A stretch of 64,000 bases of DNA from an uncultured Chloroflexia bacterium (GTDB lineage: Bacteria > Chloroflexota > Dehalococcoidia > DSTF01 > WHTK01): positions 273,864 to 337,863 of the forward strand of contig CAVTBL010000004.1 of the NCBI GenBank assembly GCA_963732945.1, read 5' to 3'. Under the pieces are notes generated by a model that saw nothing but the letters and a program-made list of their open reading frames with translations, was not told the DNA's origin and made no database searches. How positions within the stretch are numbered: position 1 is the stretch's first letter; every line of letters starts with the position of its first letter. The position numbers were made by a program, and so were the translations under genes. Below, piece after piece: positions 28,261 to 38,629 of the stretch.

Positions 28261-29484
28261 ATGGCCGCGAAATCACGAGTACTGATCATCGACGAAGACC
28301 TCGATAGCCGCGTCGAGACGCGCAAGGCGATTCAGCGCGCGGGCCTGGACAACGCCGGCGAGGTCGGCTTCGGCGCCGAGGCCGTGACCACCGCCAGCGA
28401 AGTGCGCCCCGACGTGCTGCTGATCGCCGTCGAGGAGCCGGTCACGCGCGCGCTGGAGACGGTCGACTCGCTGGCCAACGTGCTGCCCGAGACGCCGATC
28501 ATCTTCTACGCATCCAGCACGGACGCGGACTCGGTACGCCGCGCCGTGATCTACGGCGCCCGCGACTACCTGATCAAGCCGCTGCAGGCCGAGGGCCTCA
28601 AGCAGGCCGTGATCCGCGCCCTCGAGTTCGAAGAGAAACGCCACATGCGCCAGGCGGGGCAGCTCGCATCGGCGCCGGTGCGCGGCACCGTGATCACGGT
28701 CGCGGGCGCCAAGGGCGGCATCGGCAAGTCGGTGATCGCGACCAACCTCGCGCTCGCGTTGCGACAGAAGACGCAGGCCAGCGTCGTCATCGTCGACGCC
28801 GACACGCACTTCGGCGACATCGCGACAATGCTCGACGTGACGCCCACGGTCACGGCCGCCGATCTGCTGCGCGACCTGCCGAAGCTGGACCGCAACAAGA
28901 TCCACGACTACCTCACCGAGGCGCCGCTCGGCGTCTGGGTCCTCGCCGGCTCTCGCGACGAGGACAACGTCTGGGAGGCGGCCGACAAGGACAGCGGTAA
29001 GAAGATCGTCGAGCTCCTGTCGCTCTCGCACGACTTCATCATCGTCGACACGTCCGGTGCCATGGACAGCTTCGTGCGTGAGGTGATCAGCGCCTCGACG
29101 CTGGTGCTCCTGGTTACGACAGGCGAGGTCTCGAGCGTGCGTGATACACGGTCCGCGCTCAACCGCTTGAAGAGTTGGTCGGTGCCGGCCGAGAAGGTCA
29201 AGATTCTCCTCAACCGCGGCGCCCGGGCCGACGGCTTCCAGGTCGCCGACATCGAGAAGAGCCTCGACCGCCCGATCTTCTGGGAGCTACCGCGAGACCG
29301 CGAGGTGGGACGCTCGATTCAGCTCGGCCGCCCCGTCGTTATCGAGAAGCCGGGCACGGCTGCCGCGCGCAACATCACTGCACTGGCTGAGGCGATTGGT
29401 GGCAACGTCAGGACCGCGACGTCCAACGGCCACCGCCCAGGGCTGATGTCTCGCTTCAGCAGAACGAAGCAGGTGGTGGCATGA
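28261..29484 (+). CDS. tadZ: TadZ/CpaE: atypical receiver domain fused to a ParA/MinD-type ATPase
   Basis: It has a REC-like N-terminus (VLIIDED) with Ala at the expected acceptor-Asp position (LLIAVEEP). The deviant Walker A is AGAKGGIGKS. Confidence 0.85.
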   Translation: MAAKSRVLIIDEDLDSRVETRKAIQRAGLDNAGEVGFGAEAVTTASEVRPDVLLIAVEEPVTRALETVDSLANVLPETPIIFYASSTDADSVRRAVIYGARDYLIKPLQAEGLKQAVIRALEFEEKRHMRQAGQLASAPVRGTVITVAGAKGGIGKSVIATNLALALRQKTQASVVIVDADTHFGDIATMLDVTPTVTAADLLRDLPKLDRNKIHDYLTEAPLGVWVLAGSRDEDNVWEAADKDSGKKIVELLSLSHDFIIVDTSGAMDSFVREVISASTLVLLVTTGEVSSVRDTRSALNRLKSWSVPAEKVKILLNRGARADGFQVADIEKSLDRPIFWELPRDREVGRSIQLGRPVVIEKPGTAAARNITALAEAIGGNVRTATSNGHRPGLMSRFSRTKQVVA

Positions 29485-30788
29485 CGTCCTGGCAGACCAT
29501 CCTCCCGCGGGTAGAGCCCGACAGCACCAGCGAGATCGAGGAGGCCGTACACCAGCGTGTGATCCGCGCCGTCAACGATTCCGAGATTCGCGGCCTCGGC
29601 AAGGAGCAGGCGCGGCCCATCGTCGCGGACGCCACGCGGCGTCTCCTCACGGAAGAGTACCCGGCCGTCGTCGGCGACTCGAAGGACGAGCTCGTCACGC
29701 GTATCGTCGATGAGATAACGGGTCTGGGGCCGATCGAAGGGCTGCTGCGCGACCCGAGCGTATCCGAAGTCATGGTCAACGCGCCGGACGAGGTCTACTT
29801 CGAGCGCGACGGCATCATCCACGAGTCCGATGTGCACTTCAGAAACGATGCGCACGTCATGCGCATCGTCGAGCGAATCACGTCGGCGCTCGGTCGTCAT
29901 GTCGACGAAGCGTCGCCTATGGTCGACGCGCGCCTCGAGGACGGCTCACGTGTCAACGTAATCATTCCGCCGCTGGTGCCGCGCAGCGCCGTCCTGACGA
30001 TTCGCAAGTTCCGCGCCGACATGTTCTCCATGAACGATCTCGTGCACGCCGGCACGCTGTCGCGGCAGATGGCGGACTTCCTTGGCGGCTGCGTCCAGGC
30101 GAAGCTCAACATCGTCGTCTCCGGTGGCACCGGTACCGGTAAGACAACGCTGCTGAACGCCCTTTCAGCCTTCATCCCGATGCGAGAACGCATCATCAGC
30201 ATCGAGGACCCGCTCGAGATGCAGCTTCAGCAGAAGCACGTCATCGCCATGGAAGCGCGTCCGCCTTCCGTCGAAGGCGCCGGCGAGGTGACGCAGCGCA
30301 TGCTCCTGCGCAACGCGCTGCGCATGCGCCCGGACCGCATCATCGTCGGCGAGGTTCGTGGCTCCGAGGCCTTCGACATGATGCAGGCGATGAACACCGG
30401 TCACGAGGGCTCGCTGACCACGGTTCACGCCAACTCACCGAGAGACGCCCTCGCACGCATCGAGAACATGGTCCTGATGGCCGGCTTCGAGTTGCCCGTG
30501 GCGGTGATTCGCGAGCAGATGGCGTCGGCGCTCCACGTCGTGATCCATCTCTCCCGCCTCTTCGATGGCAGCCGTAGGGTCGTCAACATCAGCGAAGTGT
30601 CCGGCATGGAAGGCAACGTGATCACGATGCAGGACATTTTCCTGTTCCATCAGGACGACATCACGTCGGACGGGCGCGTCGTTGGCGATCTGAGGCCGAC
30701 GGGTTTGCGTCCGCACTTCGTCGACCGTCTCAAGTCATTCGGTATCGAGTTCAGCGACGACATCTTCGGTGTCGCGAGGTGGACCTGA
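29481..30788 (+). CDS. tadA: TadA/CpaF secretion ATPase
   Basis: It has Walker A ([10 protein letters not shown]), Asp/His boxes and [12 protein letters not shown]. An ATGA overlap links it to tadZ. Confidence 0.9.
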   Translation: MTSWQTILPRVEPDSTSEIEEAVHQRVIRAVNDSEIRGLGKEQARPIVADATRRLLTEEYPAVVGDSKDELVTRIVDEITGLGPIEGLLRDPSVSEVMVNAPDEVYFERDGIIHESDVHFRNDAHVMRIVERITSALGRHVDEASPMVDARLEDGSRVNVIIPPLVPRSAVLTIRKFRADMFSMNDLVHAGTLSRQMADFLGGCVQAKLNIVVSGGTGTGKTTLLNALSAFIPMRERIISIEDPLEMQLQQKHVIAMEARPPSVEGAGEVTQRMLLRNALRMRPDRIIVGEVRGSEAFDMMQAMNTGHEGSLTTVHANSPRDALARIENMVLMAGFELPVAVIREQMASALHVVIHLSRLFDGSRRVVNISEVSGMEGNVITMQDIFLFHQDDITSDGRVVGDLRPTGLRPHFVDRLKSFGIEFSDDIFGVARWT

Positions 30789-30789
30789 C

Positions 30790-31746
30790 GTGGATCCTTC
30801 TATCCTCATAGCCGGTGCCGCCGCGGCGGGTGCTGTGTTCGTCGCAACGCTTACGCTGCAACGCAACGCCAGCACGAGCCGCGAGCTGATTCAGTCCCGG
30901 ATAAGCTCCGATGGCTCGCCGAACATCGCACAGCCGCGGCTCCAGCTTGCGATCCCACGCATGGCTTCACTGTCGCAGCGGGGTCAGCGACTTGCGCGCG
31001 ACCTCGATAGGGCCGGTGTAGCGCTGACCGTGAGCGAGTACATGATGGTGCGGACCGCCGTCGCGGTGTTGGGCTCCATCGTTGCCCTCCTGCTGGCCTC
31101 CTCATTCTCCGCGGGCATGGCAGTCAAAATCGGTGCGGCCGTCTTCGGCTTCATCTTTGGCTACTGGTTACCGGGGCAGTACATCAACGGTCGTAAGGCA
31201 CGCAGATTGAAGCGCATCGAAGATGAGCTGGTCGAGGTCATGGTCTCGATGGCGAAGTCGCTGCGCGCCGGGGTCGGCCTGACGCAGGCTCTCGAGTATG
31301 CCGGGCGCGATGCTCCCGACCCCCTGGGCAGCGAGCTCCTGCGCGTGGTGCGCGAGCTACAGCTCGGTGCCGATGTTGAAAACGTGTTCGAGGAGATGAA
31401 TGCTCGCATCGCCAGCCCCGACCTCGAGATCGCCTCGGCGGCGATCATTATTCAGCGCAGAGTCGGCGGCAACCTCTCCGAAGTCCTCACTAATGTGGCG
31501 AACACGATTCGAGAGCGAAGAGCGATTCGTAACGAGCTGAACGCGATTACCGCGAAGCAGCGCCTGCAGGGCAACGCCTCGGCTTTGATTCCTGTATTTG
31601 TGGCCGTCTTCTTTTTCTTCGTGAACCATGACACGGCCAAGCTGCTGTTCACCACGACGGCCGGCAACATCGCGCTCGCGGTCGGCATCTTCTTCGAGGT
31701 CGCCGGCCTGTGGATGGTGCGCCGCTTTGGAGCAATCGAGGTCTGA
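30790..31746 (+). CDS. tadB: TadB (T2SS-F-like inner-membrane platform protein)
   Basis: It has a T2SSF domain pattern (LVEVMVSMAKSLRAGVGLTQAL) and terminal TM helices. The GTG at 30790 follows AGGTGGA. Confidence 0.8.
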   Translation: MDPSILIAGAAAAGAVFVATLTLQRNASTSRELIQSRISSDGSPNIAQPRLQLAIPRMASLSQRGQRLARDLDRAGVALTVSEYMMVRTAVAVLGSIVALLLASSFSAGMAVKIGAAVFGFIFGYWLPGQYINGRKARRLKRIEDELVEVMVSMAKSLRAGVGLTQALEYAGRDAPDPLGSELLRVVRELQLGADVENVFEEMNARIASPDLEIASAAIIIQRRVGGNLSEVLTNVANTIRERRAIRNELNAITAKQRLQGNASALIPVFVAVFFFFVNHDTAKLLFTTTAGNIALAVGIFFEVAGLWMVRRFGAIEV

Positions 31747-31747
31747 T

Positions 31748-32665
31748 ATGCCGCTGCTGATTGGACTCCTGACCTTTGTCGCCGTGATGCTGCTCGTCAG
31801 CTACGTGGCCCAGCCTCGTCAGGATGAGGTTCGGCGCCGCATCCTGGCGGGCGGCTCCGGCGGTGCAGAATCGAGCGAGCCGTCCAGTGCGTCATTCGGC
31901 AAGAGGCTGATCCGCCCGATGTTCAGCTGGCTCGGCTCCGGCTTCGGCAAGCTGCTGCCCCAACACATGATTCAGAGCCTCGAGACCACGCTGGTCCAGG
32001 CCGGCGAGCCCATGGCGCTGTCGAGCTTTCTCGCAATCTGGGGACTGGTCGCATCGTTGGCAGCGCTGGCCGTCTTCTGGCTCCTTACCGCGCAGGCCGA
32101 CTGGGGCTTCGGGCGCCTGTTCGTTTTGAGCGCCCTGATTCTCGTGTATTCGATTGGCACGCCGTACCTGCTGCTCAGGCGCCGCGCCGGCAAGCGCAAG
32201 AAGCGCATCGAGCGGGCCCTGCCGGATGCCCTCGATCTGCTCCTCACGTGCATCGAAGCCGGTCTGGGCGTGGACGCTGCCTTCGCGCTCGTGGCGCAGA
32301 GGTCGACGGGTCCGCTGGCCGAGGTGCTTACGGAATACCTGAGACTCGTCGGGTTCGGGCAGTCACGCCGCGACGCTCTCGAATACATCAGCCAGCGCTC
32401 CGGCGCTCCCGGGCTGAATCGTCTGGCCGCGGTAGTGGCGCAGGCCACGGCTGTCGGAACCACCATGGGCGACGTGCTGCGCGTTCAGGCAGCCGAGCTG
32501 CGTGAGGCTCGCCGCCTCAAGGCGCAGGAGGCGGCCGCAAAAGCACCGATCTGGATGACGATTCCGCTGGCGCTGTGCTTCATGCCGGCCATGGGCGCCG
32601 TCATCGTGGTGCCTTCCATTCTTCATCTCTTGAATTCGATAAAGGACCTGGGGTTAAGAGCATGA
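31748..32665 (+). CDS. tadC: TadC (T2SS-F-like platform protein)
   Basis: It has LPDALDLLLTCIEAGLGVDAAF plus TM helices. The ATG lies 1 nt after the tadB stop. Confidence 0.8.
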   Translation: MPLLIGLLTFVAVMLLVSYVAQPRQDEVRRRILAGGSGGAESSEPSSASFGKRLIRPMFSWLGSGFGKLLPQHMIQSLETTLVQAGEPMALSSFLAIWGLVASLAALAVFWLLTAQADWGFGRLFVLSALILVYSIGTPYLLLRRRAGKRKKRIERALPDALDLLLTCIEAGLGVDAAFALVAQRSTGPLAEVLTEYLRLVGFGQSRRDALEYISQRSGAPGLNRLAAVVAQATAVGTTMGDVLRVQAAELREARRLKAQEAAAKAPIWMTIPLALCFMPAMGAVIVVPSILHLLNSIKDLGLRA

Positions 32666-33228
32666 CTTACGCAACTGAAGCCAGAAGCATGACCGGGCGA
32701 GACTCGACGTTCTACGCCTATCTGGCGGTTCCAGTACTGGAGCTGCTCGCACTCGTCGTCATGACGTTCCTGCCCGATCGCGTTGCCGCGGCGCTGCTCA
32801 CCGAAGTCACGGTTGTGTTGCTGCTGTACCTGGGGCTGATCGACTTTCTCACCCTCAAAGTGCCGAACCTGATCGTGTACCCATCGATTGCGTTCGTGCT
32901 GATCGGCACGGCGCTGGTCAAGATGAGCGCGCTCGATAATGCGCTGCTTGGTGGAGGGGCGCTGCTCGGCATCATGTTCGTTCTCGCAATCATCGGCCGC
33001 GGTTCGATGGGCATGGGCGACGTCAAGTTCGCCTGCCTGCTGGGCTGCGCGCTGGGACCGATTGTTGGCGTGCTCGCGCTGGCGTCCGGCTTCGTCGTCG
33101 GCGCAGTAAGCGCGATCGTGCTGCTGGTTCTGCACCTGAAAGGCCGAAAGGATTCGGTGCCGCTCACGCCTTATCTCGCGATAGGCGGGATCGTCTGGAT
33201 CCTGCTCATCGGCACGCTGGTGAAGTAG
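32662..33228 (+). CDS. tadV: A24-family prepilin peptidase (TadV/CpaA type, no methyltransferase domain)
   Basis: The two catalytic Asp contexts are LIDFLTLKVPN and GMGDVKF. It is polytopic and has an ATGA overlap with tadC. Confidence 0.85.
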   Translation: MTYATEARSMTGRDSTFYAYLAVPVLELLALVVMTFLPDRVAAALLTEVTVVLLLYLGLIDFLTLKVPNLIVYPSIAFVLIGTALVKMSALDNALLGGGALLGIMFVLAIIGRGSMGMGDVKFACLLGCALGPIVGVLALASGFVVGAVSAIVLLVLHLKGRKDSVPLTPYLAIGGIVWILLIGTLVK

Positions 33229-33238
33229 AGGTCACACG

Positions 33239-33631
33239 TTGAAAACCGTACGCGTCGAGCTGCCAGACGGATCGTTGCTGTGCAACGCCGAGCTGGCGAA
33301 CAACCTCTGGACACGTGGTGTAGGCCTGCTGGCCCGAAAAGGGCTCGATCCAGACAAAGGCCTGCTGATTGAGCCCTGCACGTCCGTGCACACCTGGTTC
33401 ATGCTCTTCGCCCTCGACGTCCTGTTTCTCGATAACGAAGGCACGGTGGTCAAGGTGAAAACGCTAAAGCCGTTCTGGTTCTCCTTCGGAGGCAAGGGCG
33501 CGAAACGAGTTCTCGAAATCAAGTCCGGCTCCGCGGCCGCCCACGCAGTGAAGAAGGGCGATCGCCTCCTGATCTCCGAGATCGATGCGGCCGCGGCCGG
33601 CGCCTCGAGGACGGCAGCGGAGCATGACTGA
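33239..33631 (+). CDS. DUF192-family protein
   Basis: A TTG start lies 10 nt after tadV. RGVGLLARKGL...GLLIEPCTSVHTWFMLFALDVLFLD..G.VV...L.P......GAKRVLEIKSG matches the DUF192 pattern from memory. Confidence 0.65.
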   Translation: MKTVRVELPDGSLLCNAELANNLWTRGVGLLARKGLDPDKGLLIEPCTSVHTWFMLFALDVLFLDNEGTVVKVKTLKPFWFSFGGKGAKRVLEIKSGSAAAHAVKKGDRLLISEIDAAAAGASRTAAEHD

Positions 33632-33721
33632 GCTATCGCCTCGGGTTTTCGAGGATGTGAGAGCTAAACGTCGAGCCGGTCTGAAGTAGTCGGACCCTCG
33701 TAACAAGAAAGCAAGGATGCT

Positions 33722-36700
33722 ATGAATCTATCTCGGCTCAAATTCCTGGCGATCGCGCTTGGCGCTTTCGTAGTTGCGTTCGCCTTCGCGGGCACCGGAA
33801 CAGCTTCCAACCCGACTACAGCCGTGGCGGCGCCGACGGTAAACATCCCGTTGAACAACGACACTGCCGGCGCAGCGCAGGGCTGTCCGACCGACGGCGC
33901 TGCCTACTGGCACTTCGTCATCACGCCGAACAGCGGTGGCTCGTCTTTCGTGACATTCCACCTCAATCTTGGCGATGTGAGCACGTATGACACGAGCTCT
34001 TACGTGCCGAACGGGGCCCAGACAGACAACGTCTTCGTACAGGTTCCCGCCGGGAAGACGCTTACATCGCTGGACAATACTGGCAGCAGCGCCGACGTCA
34101 CATGGGACGGCACTCACGCGCCCAGCAAGTTCACGCTCAGCGGTACCTGCGCGGGTTCCGCCCCCAGTCCCGACGTTGGCGTGGCCAAGAGCGACAACAC
34201 CTCGCACAGCGTTACCGCCGGCGGGACCTTCAACTGGACCCTTACGATCACGGTGACCAACGGCCCGACTTCGGCGACGGTGCAAGACACGATCCCGAGC
34301 GGCTTCGCCATCGGCAGCGTTACCGACAAGAACAGCGGCAACGCCGACGAGTCGAGCATCGTGTGCAATACGTCGACACAAACCGTGACCTGCTCGCTCA
34401 ACGCTACGCCCAGTGGCACCTACACCGTGACGATCCCGGTAACGGCGCCGACGGGCACCCCGACGACGAACTGCAAGCAGTACACGAACACCGCCAACAT
34501 CACGAACGGCGGCGGTAGCAACACGCAGAATGACACCGCCAGCGATTCCGTCACGGTGCTGTGCCCCGCGCAGCCCGACGTCGCGATTGCCAAGAGCGAC
34601 AACACATCGCACAGCGTTCACGCCGGCGGGACGTTCAACTGGGTGCTGACGATCACCGTGACCAACGGCCCGGCTTCGGCGACCGTGCAGGACACGGTCC
34701 CGAGCGGCTTCGCCATCGGCAGCGTCACGGACAAAAACAGCGGCAACGTCGACGAGTCCAGCATCGTCTGTAACACGGCGTCGCAGACTGTCACCTGCAC
34801 GCTGACCAGCACTGCGACCGGTACCTACACCGTGACGATCCCGGTTACGGCGCCGGACGGCTCGCCTGGCTCCGAGTGCACCAGCTTCCAGAACACGGCC
34901 TCGATTACCGCGGGCGGCGGCACCAACGCCAGCAACGACTCGGCCAACGACTCCGTGACCGTGACCTGCCCCGACGTCGGCGTTAGCAAATCGGACGACA
35001 CTGGCGGCACGGTTCAGGCAGGCGGCTCGTTCAACTGGCTCGTAACGGTCAGCGTGACCAACGGTCCCGCTTCCGGGACGATCCAGGACACGGTGCCCGC
35101 CAACTTCATCATCGGAACGCCCGGCGCCGACAGCGGCACCATTGGCTGCAGCAAGCTCGGTCAGGTCGTCACCTGCACCTTGACCAATACTCCGACCGGC
35201 AGTCACACGATCACGATTCCTGTCACGGCGCCGAGCAGCACCGCGCTTGCCGCCTGCGCCAGCTATGAGAACGACGTCTCGATCACGGCCGGCGGCGGCA
35301 CGAACGCCAACAACGACTCGGCGAGCGACTCCGTCACCGTGACCTGCCCCGACGTCGGCATCAGCAAGACGAACAACGTCAACGGCAGCGTCGCCGCCGG
35401 TGGCAGCTTCAACTGGGTCCTGACGGTCAGCGTGACCAACGGTCCGGCTTCGGCGACCGTCCAGGACACGGTCCCGGCTGGCTTCAGCATCGGCAGCGTC
35501 ACCGACAACGCCGCGAGCATCGACTGCGGTACGGCGTCTCAGACCGTCACGTGCACGTTGACAGACACCCCGACCGGCACCTACACCGTGACGATTCCGG
35601 TCACGGCGCCCGGCTCGGACCCGTCCGACAACTGCAAGGCGTATGAGAACGACGCCTCGATAACGTCGGGCGGCGGCACGAACGGCAACAACGACAGCGC
35701 GAGCAACTCGGTGACCGTGCTCTGTCCCGCGCAGCCCGACGTCGGCATCAGCAAGACCGACAACACTCAGGGCAGCGTTCATGCTGGCGGCGGCTTCGAC
35801 TGGACACTGACCGTGACCGTGACTAACGGCCCGGCTTCGGCCACTGTCGTCGACAACGTGCCCGCGGGCTTCACGATCGGTAGCGTCACGGACGCCAACA
35901 GCACGCCTGCCGACGAGGCGACGATCGGCTGCAGCACGAGCCTAGCAGACCGTCACCTGCACGCTGACCAGCACGCCGACTGGTACCTATACGATCACGA
36001 TTCCGGTCACGGCGCCCGCGGCCACGGTCGCGGACGCCTGTGCACCGCACGAGAACGTCGCTAACGTCACGGTCGGCGGCGGTACCAACGCGAACAACGA
36101 CAGCGCTAACGACGCCGTCACGGTGGTTTGCCCGGACGTTGGCGTCAGCAAGAGCGACGACACGCAGGGCAGCACTCACGCCGGCGGCTCGTTCAACTGG
36201 CTCGTCACGATCAGCGTGACCAACGGCCCGGCTTCCGCCACGGTAGAGGACACGGTCCCTGCGAACTTCGCGATCGGTAGCGTGAGTGCAAACGACGCGA
36301 GCATCGACTGCAGCAACGTATCTCAGACCGTTACCTGTACGCTGACCAACACTCCGACCGGTACGTACACCGTCACGATCCCGGTGACCGCCCCCGCCGC
36401 CAGCGTCGACGGAGCCTGTGCCAACCACGAGAACGACGTCGTGGTCACTTCCGGCGGCGGCACCAACGCCAACAACGACTCGGCCAGCGACACCGTTGGC
36501 GTCATCTGCCCCGATGTCGGCGTGTTCAAGAGCAACGACGCGGGCGGCTCCATCACCGCCGGCGGCTCGTTCACCTGGACGGTCACCGTTGCCGTCACCG
36601 ACGGCCCGGCCTCGGGCACTGTGCAGGACACGGTCCCGGCCGGCTTCGCTATCGGCAACTTCAGCTCCAACGAGGCGACGATCGACTGCGGCGCGGCCGG

Positions 36701-37947
36701 CGCAGGTCGTGACGTGTACGCTGACCAACACGCCGAATGGCAGCTACGCCGTGTCGATCCCGGTGACCGCGCCCAGCGACAACCCGAATACGAACTGCAC
36801 GCAGTACAACAACACCGCCACGATCACCGATGGCGGTGGCACCAGCAGCGCCAACGACTCGGCCAGCGACCCGATGACGGTCGTTTGCCCCGGCCAGGCG
36901 GTGCTCTCCATCGTCAAGTCGGGTGACGCAACCGTCACGACCGGCGACACCGTGAGCTACGGCGTGACCGTAACTAACACCTCGGCCCTCGGCGCCAACA
37001 GCGTCGTGGTTACGGACGACCTGCCGAACAGCCTCACCGGCGTCACGGCGACCTACGACGTCGACCCGACGACAGCGGGCGGCACCGGGAGCTGCAGCGT
37101 CGGGGTGGGCAACAGCGTGACATGTAATGTCGGCGCCCTCGCGGCCAGCGACGGCAACACGAGTGCGCCTGAGGCGGACGTGGTCCAGGTCTCGATCAGC
37201 GCAACCGTCACCGGCTGCGCCACGCTGACCAACCAGGCGACCGTCACCTACTCCACGGACGGCAGCGCTCAGCCGCCGAACGTCGTCGACAGCAACATCG
37301 TCACGACCGACGTGACCTGTGGCTCGATCACGATCGTCAAGAACGCGGTGCCGAACAGCACGCAGGACTTCGGTTTCAGCGGCGATCTCGGCGCCTTCAC
37401 GCTCGACGACGACGGTAACAACAACAACGCGTTCTCGAACACAGTGGTGTTCAACGACCTCGGCATCGACACCTACGTCGTTACTGAGAACGTGACCGCC
37501 GGCTGGCTAGTCAACTCGATTACGTGCAGCGACGGCAGCGCCACCAGCGTGACTACCCGCTCCGCGGTGATTCAGCTTGCCGGTGGCGAAGACGTTACGT
37601 GTACGTTCGTCAACGTAACCGACCCGGGGACAATCCCGCCCGTTACGCCTCCGTTCACGCCGCCGGTGACACCGCCGCTGGTCGTGCCGCCGCCTGCCAA
37701 CGTCACCACGGTGACGACGCTGCCGCTGATTGCACAGGTGCAGGGAGCGGTCTCGGTACCTTCGACGCAGCCGACCACGCCGGGGCTGATCTCGGAGGTC
37801 GAGGGCGTACGCACGCTGCCGGGCACCGGTACGGGCGGCTACCTCAATTCGGAGAGCTCGTCTGGTCCCGCTAGCTGGCTCGTTGGGCTGCTTGCGGCCG
37901 TCGGCGTTAGCTTCCTCCTCCTGCGCGTCCGTAGGGGCGCGCGGTGA
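33722..37947 (+). pseudogene. Wall-anchored adhesin of about 1,400 aa: signal peptide, N-terminal domain, 7 tandem DUF11-like modules, canonical DUF11 module, prealbumin-like domain, Pro-rich stalk, LPGTG sorting signal; two frame breaks
   Basis: The signal peptide is MNLSRLKFLAIALGAFVVAFAFA. The modules begin CPDVG[VI]SK. The C-terminus is LPGTG followed by a hydrophobic segment and RVRRGAR. The frame shifts near 35945 and near 36700. Confidence 0.8.
34169..36890 (+). repeat. Seven tandem coding repeats of about 378-405 bp (about 130-aa modules)
   Basis: Module starts (CCC/CCG GAC/GAT GTY) lie at about 34169, 34574, 34970, 35348, 35735, 36132 and 36510. The next, divergent module starts near 36888. 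Confidence 0.85.
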
Positions 37948-38609
37948 GGAGCTGGCGCGGCTTCTGGCTGAGCGTCTTCGCGCTGCTGGTCGCCAGCTTC
38001 GCGCTGGGTGCGGGCCTGCTCGTCTGGCAGGGAGACAGCTCCAGTTCGAAGCCCGAGAGCACCAGCGCCAGCACTGAAGTAACGCGGCCGGCGGCGAAAC
38101 CGTCGCAGCCGGCCGCGCCGAATCAGGCGCCGGCGGGCTCGACTAGTGCGGCCGCTCCGGTCGACCTGCACGCGATCTCGCGGCTCGTCGTACCGGGTGT
38201 CGGCATCGATGCGCCGGTCGTGACGCTGGGCGTCAACTCGGACGGCGTCATGCAGTCGCCGGCCACTCCGACCGATGTCGGCTGGTACAACTTCTCGTCG
38301 CTCCCCGGCGGTGGCAGCAACATCGTCCTGTCCGGGCACGTCGACTACGTGAACTACGGCCCGGCGATCTTCTGGAACCTGCGCGAGCTCAAGCCAGACG
38401 ACGTCGTACAGGTCGTTCTGGACAACGGCTCGGTCGTCAATTATCACGTGACGACAGTGACGACCTACGATGACCAGACGGCGCCGGTACAGCAGATCAT
38501 CGGTGCGACGCCCGCGGAGACGATCACGATGATCACCTGCACCGGCACCTTCGATACGCAGTCGCGGGAATACGACAAGCGTCTCGTGGTCCGCGCCGTC
38601 AGGACCTGA
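37944..38609 (+). CDS. Sortase (class E/F-like) transpeptidase
   Basis: The GTG overlaps the adhesin TGA (GTGA). It has an N-terminal TM segment, catalytic His (LSGHVD), ITMITCTG (the TLxTC equivalent) and a C-terminal Arg (RLVVRA). Confidence 0.85.
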   Translation: MRSWRGFWLSVFALLVASFALGAGLLVWQGDSSSSKPESTSASTEVTRPAAKPSQPAAPNQAPAGSTSAAAPVDLHAISRLVVPGVGIDAPVVTLGVNSDGVMQSPATPTDVGWYNFSSLPGGGSNIVLSGHVDYVNYGPAIFWNLRELKPDDVVQVVLDNGSVVNYHVTTVTTYDDQTAPVQQIIGATPAETITMITCTGTFDTQSREYDKRLVVRAVRT

Positions 38610-38629
38610 CTTGTGGAATCTGGTTCGGC

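Noticed and set aside
33728-35782. A 684-aa ORF on the minus strand
   Set aside because: It is antisense to the repeat adhesin. Its translation is Arg/Gly/Ala/Val low complexity that mirrors the sense-strand repeats. It has no start context or motifs.
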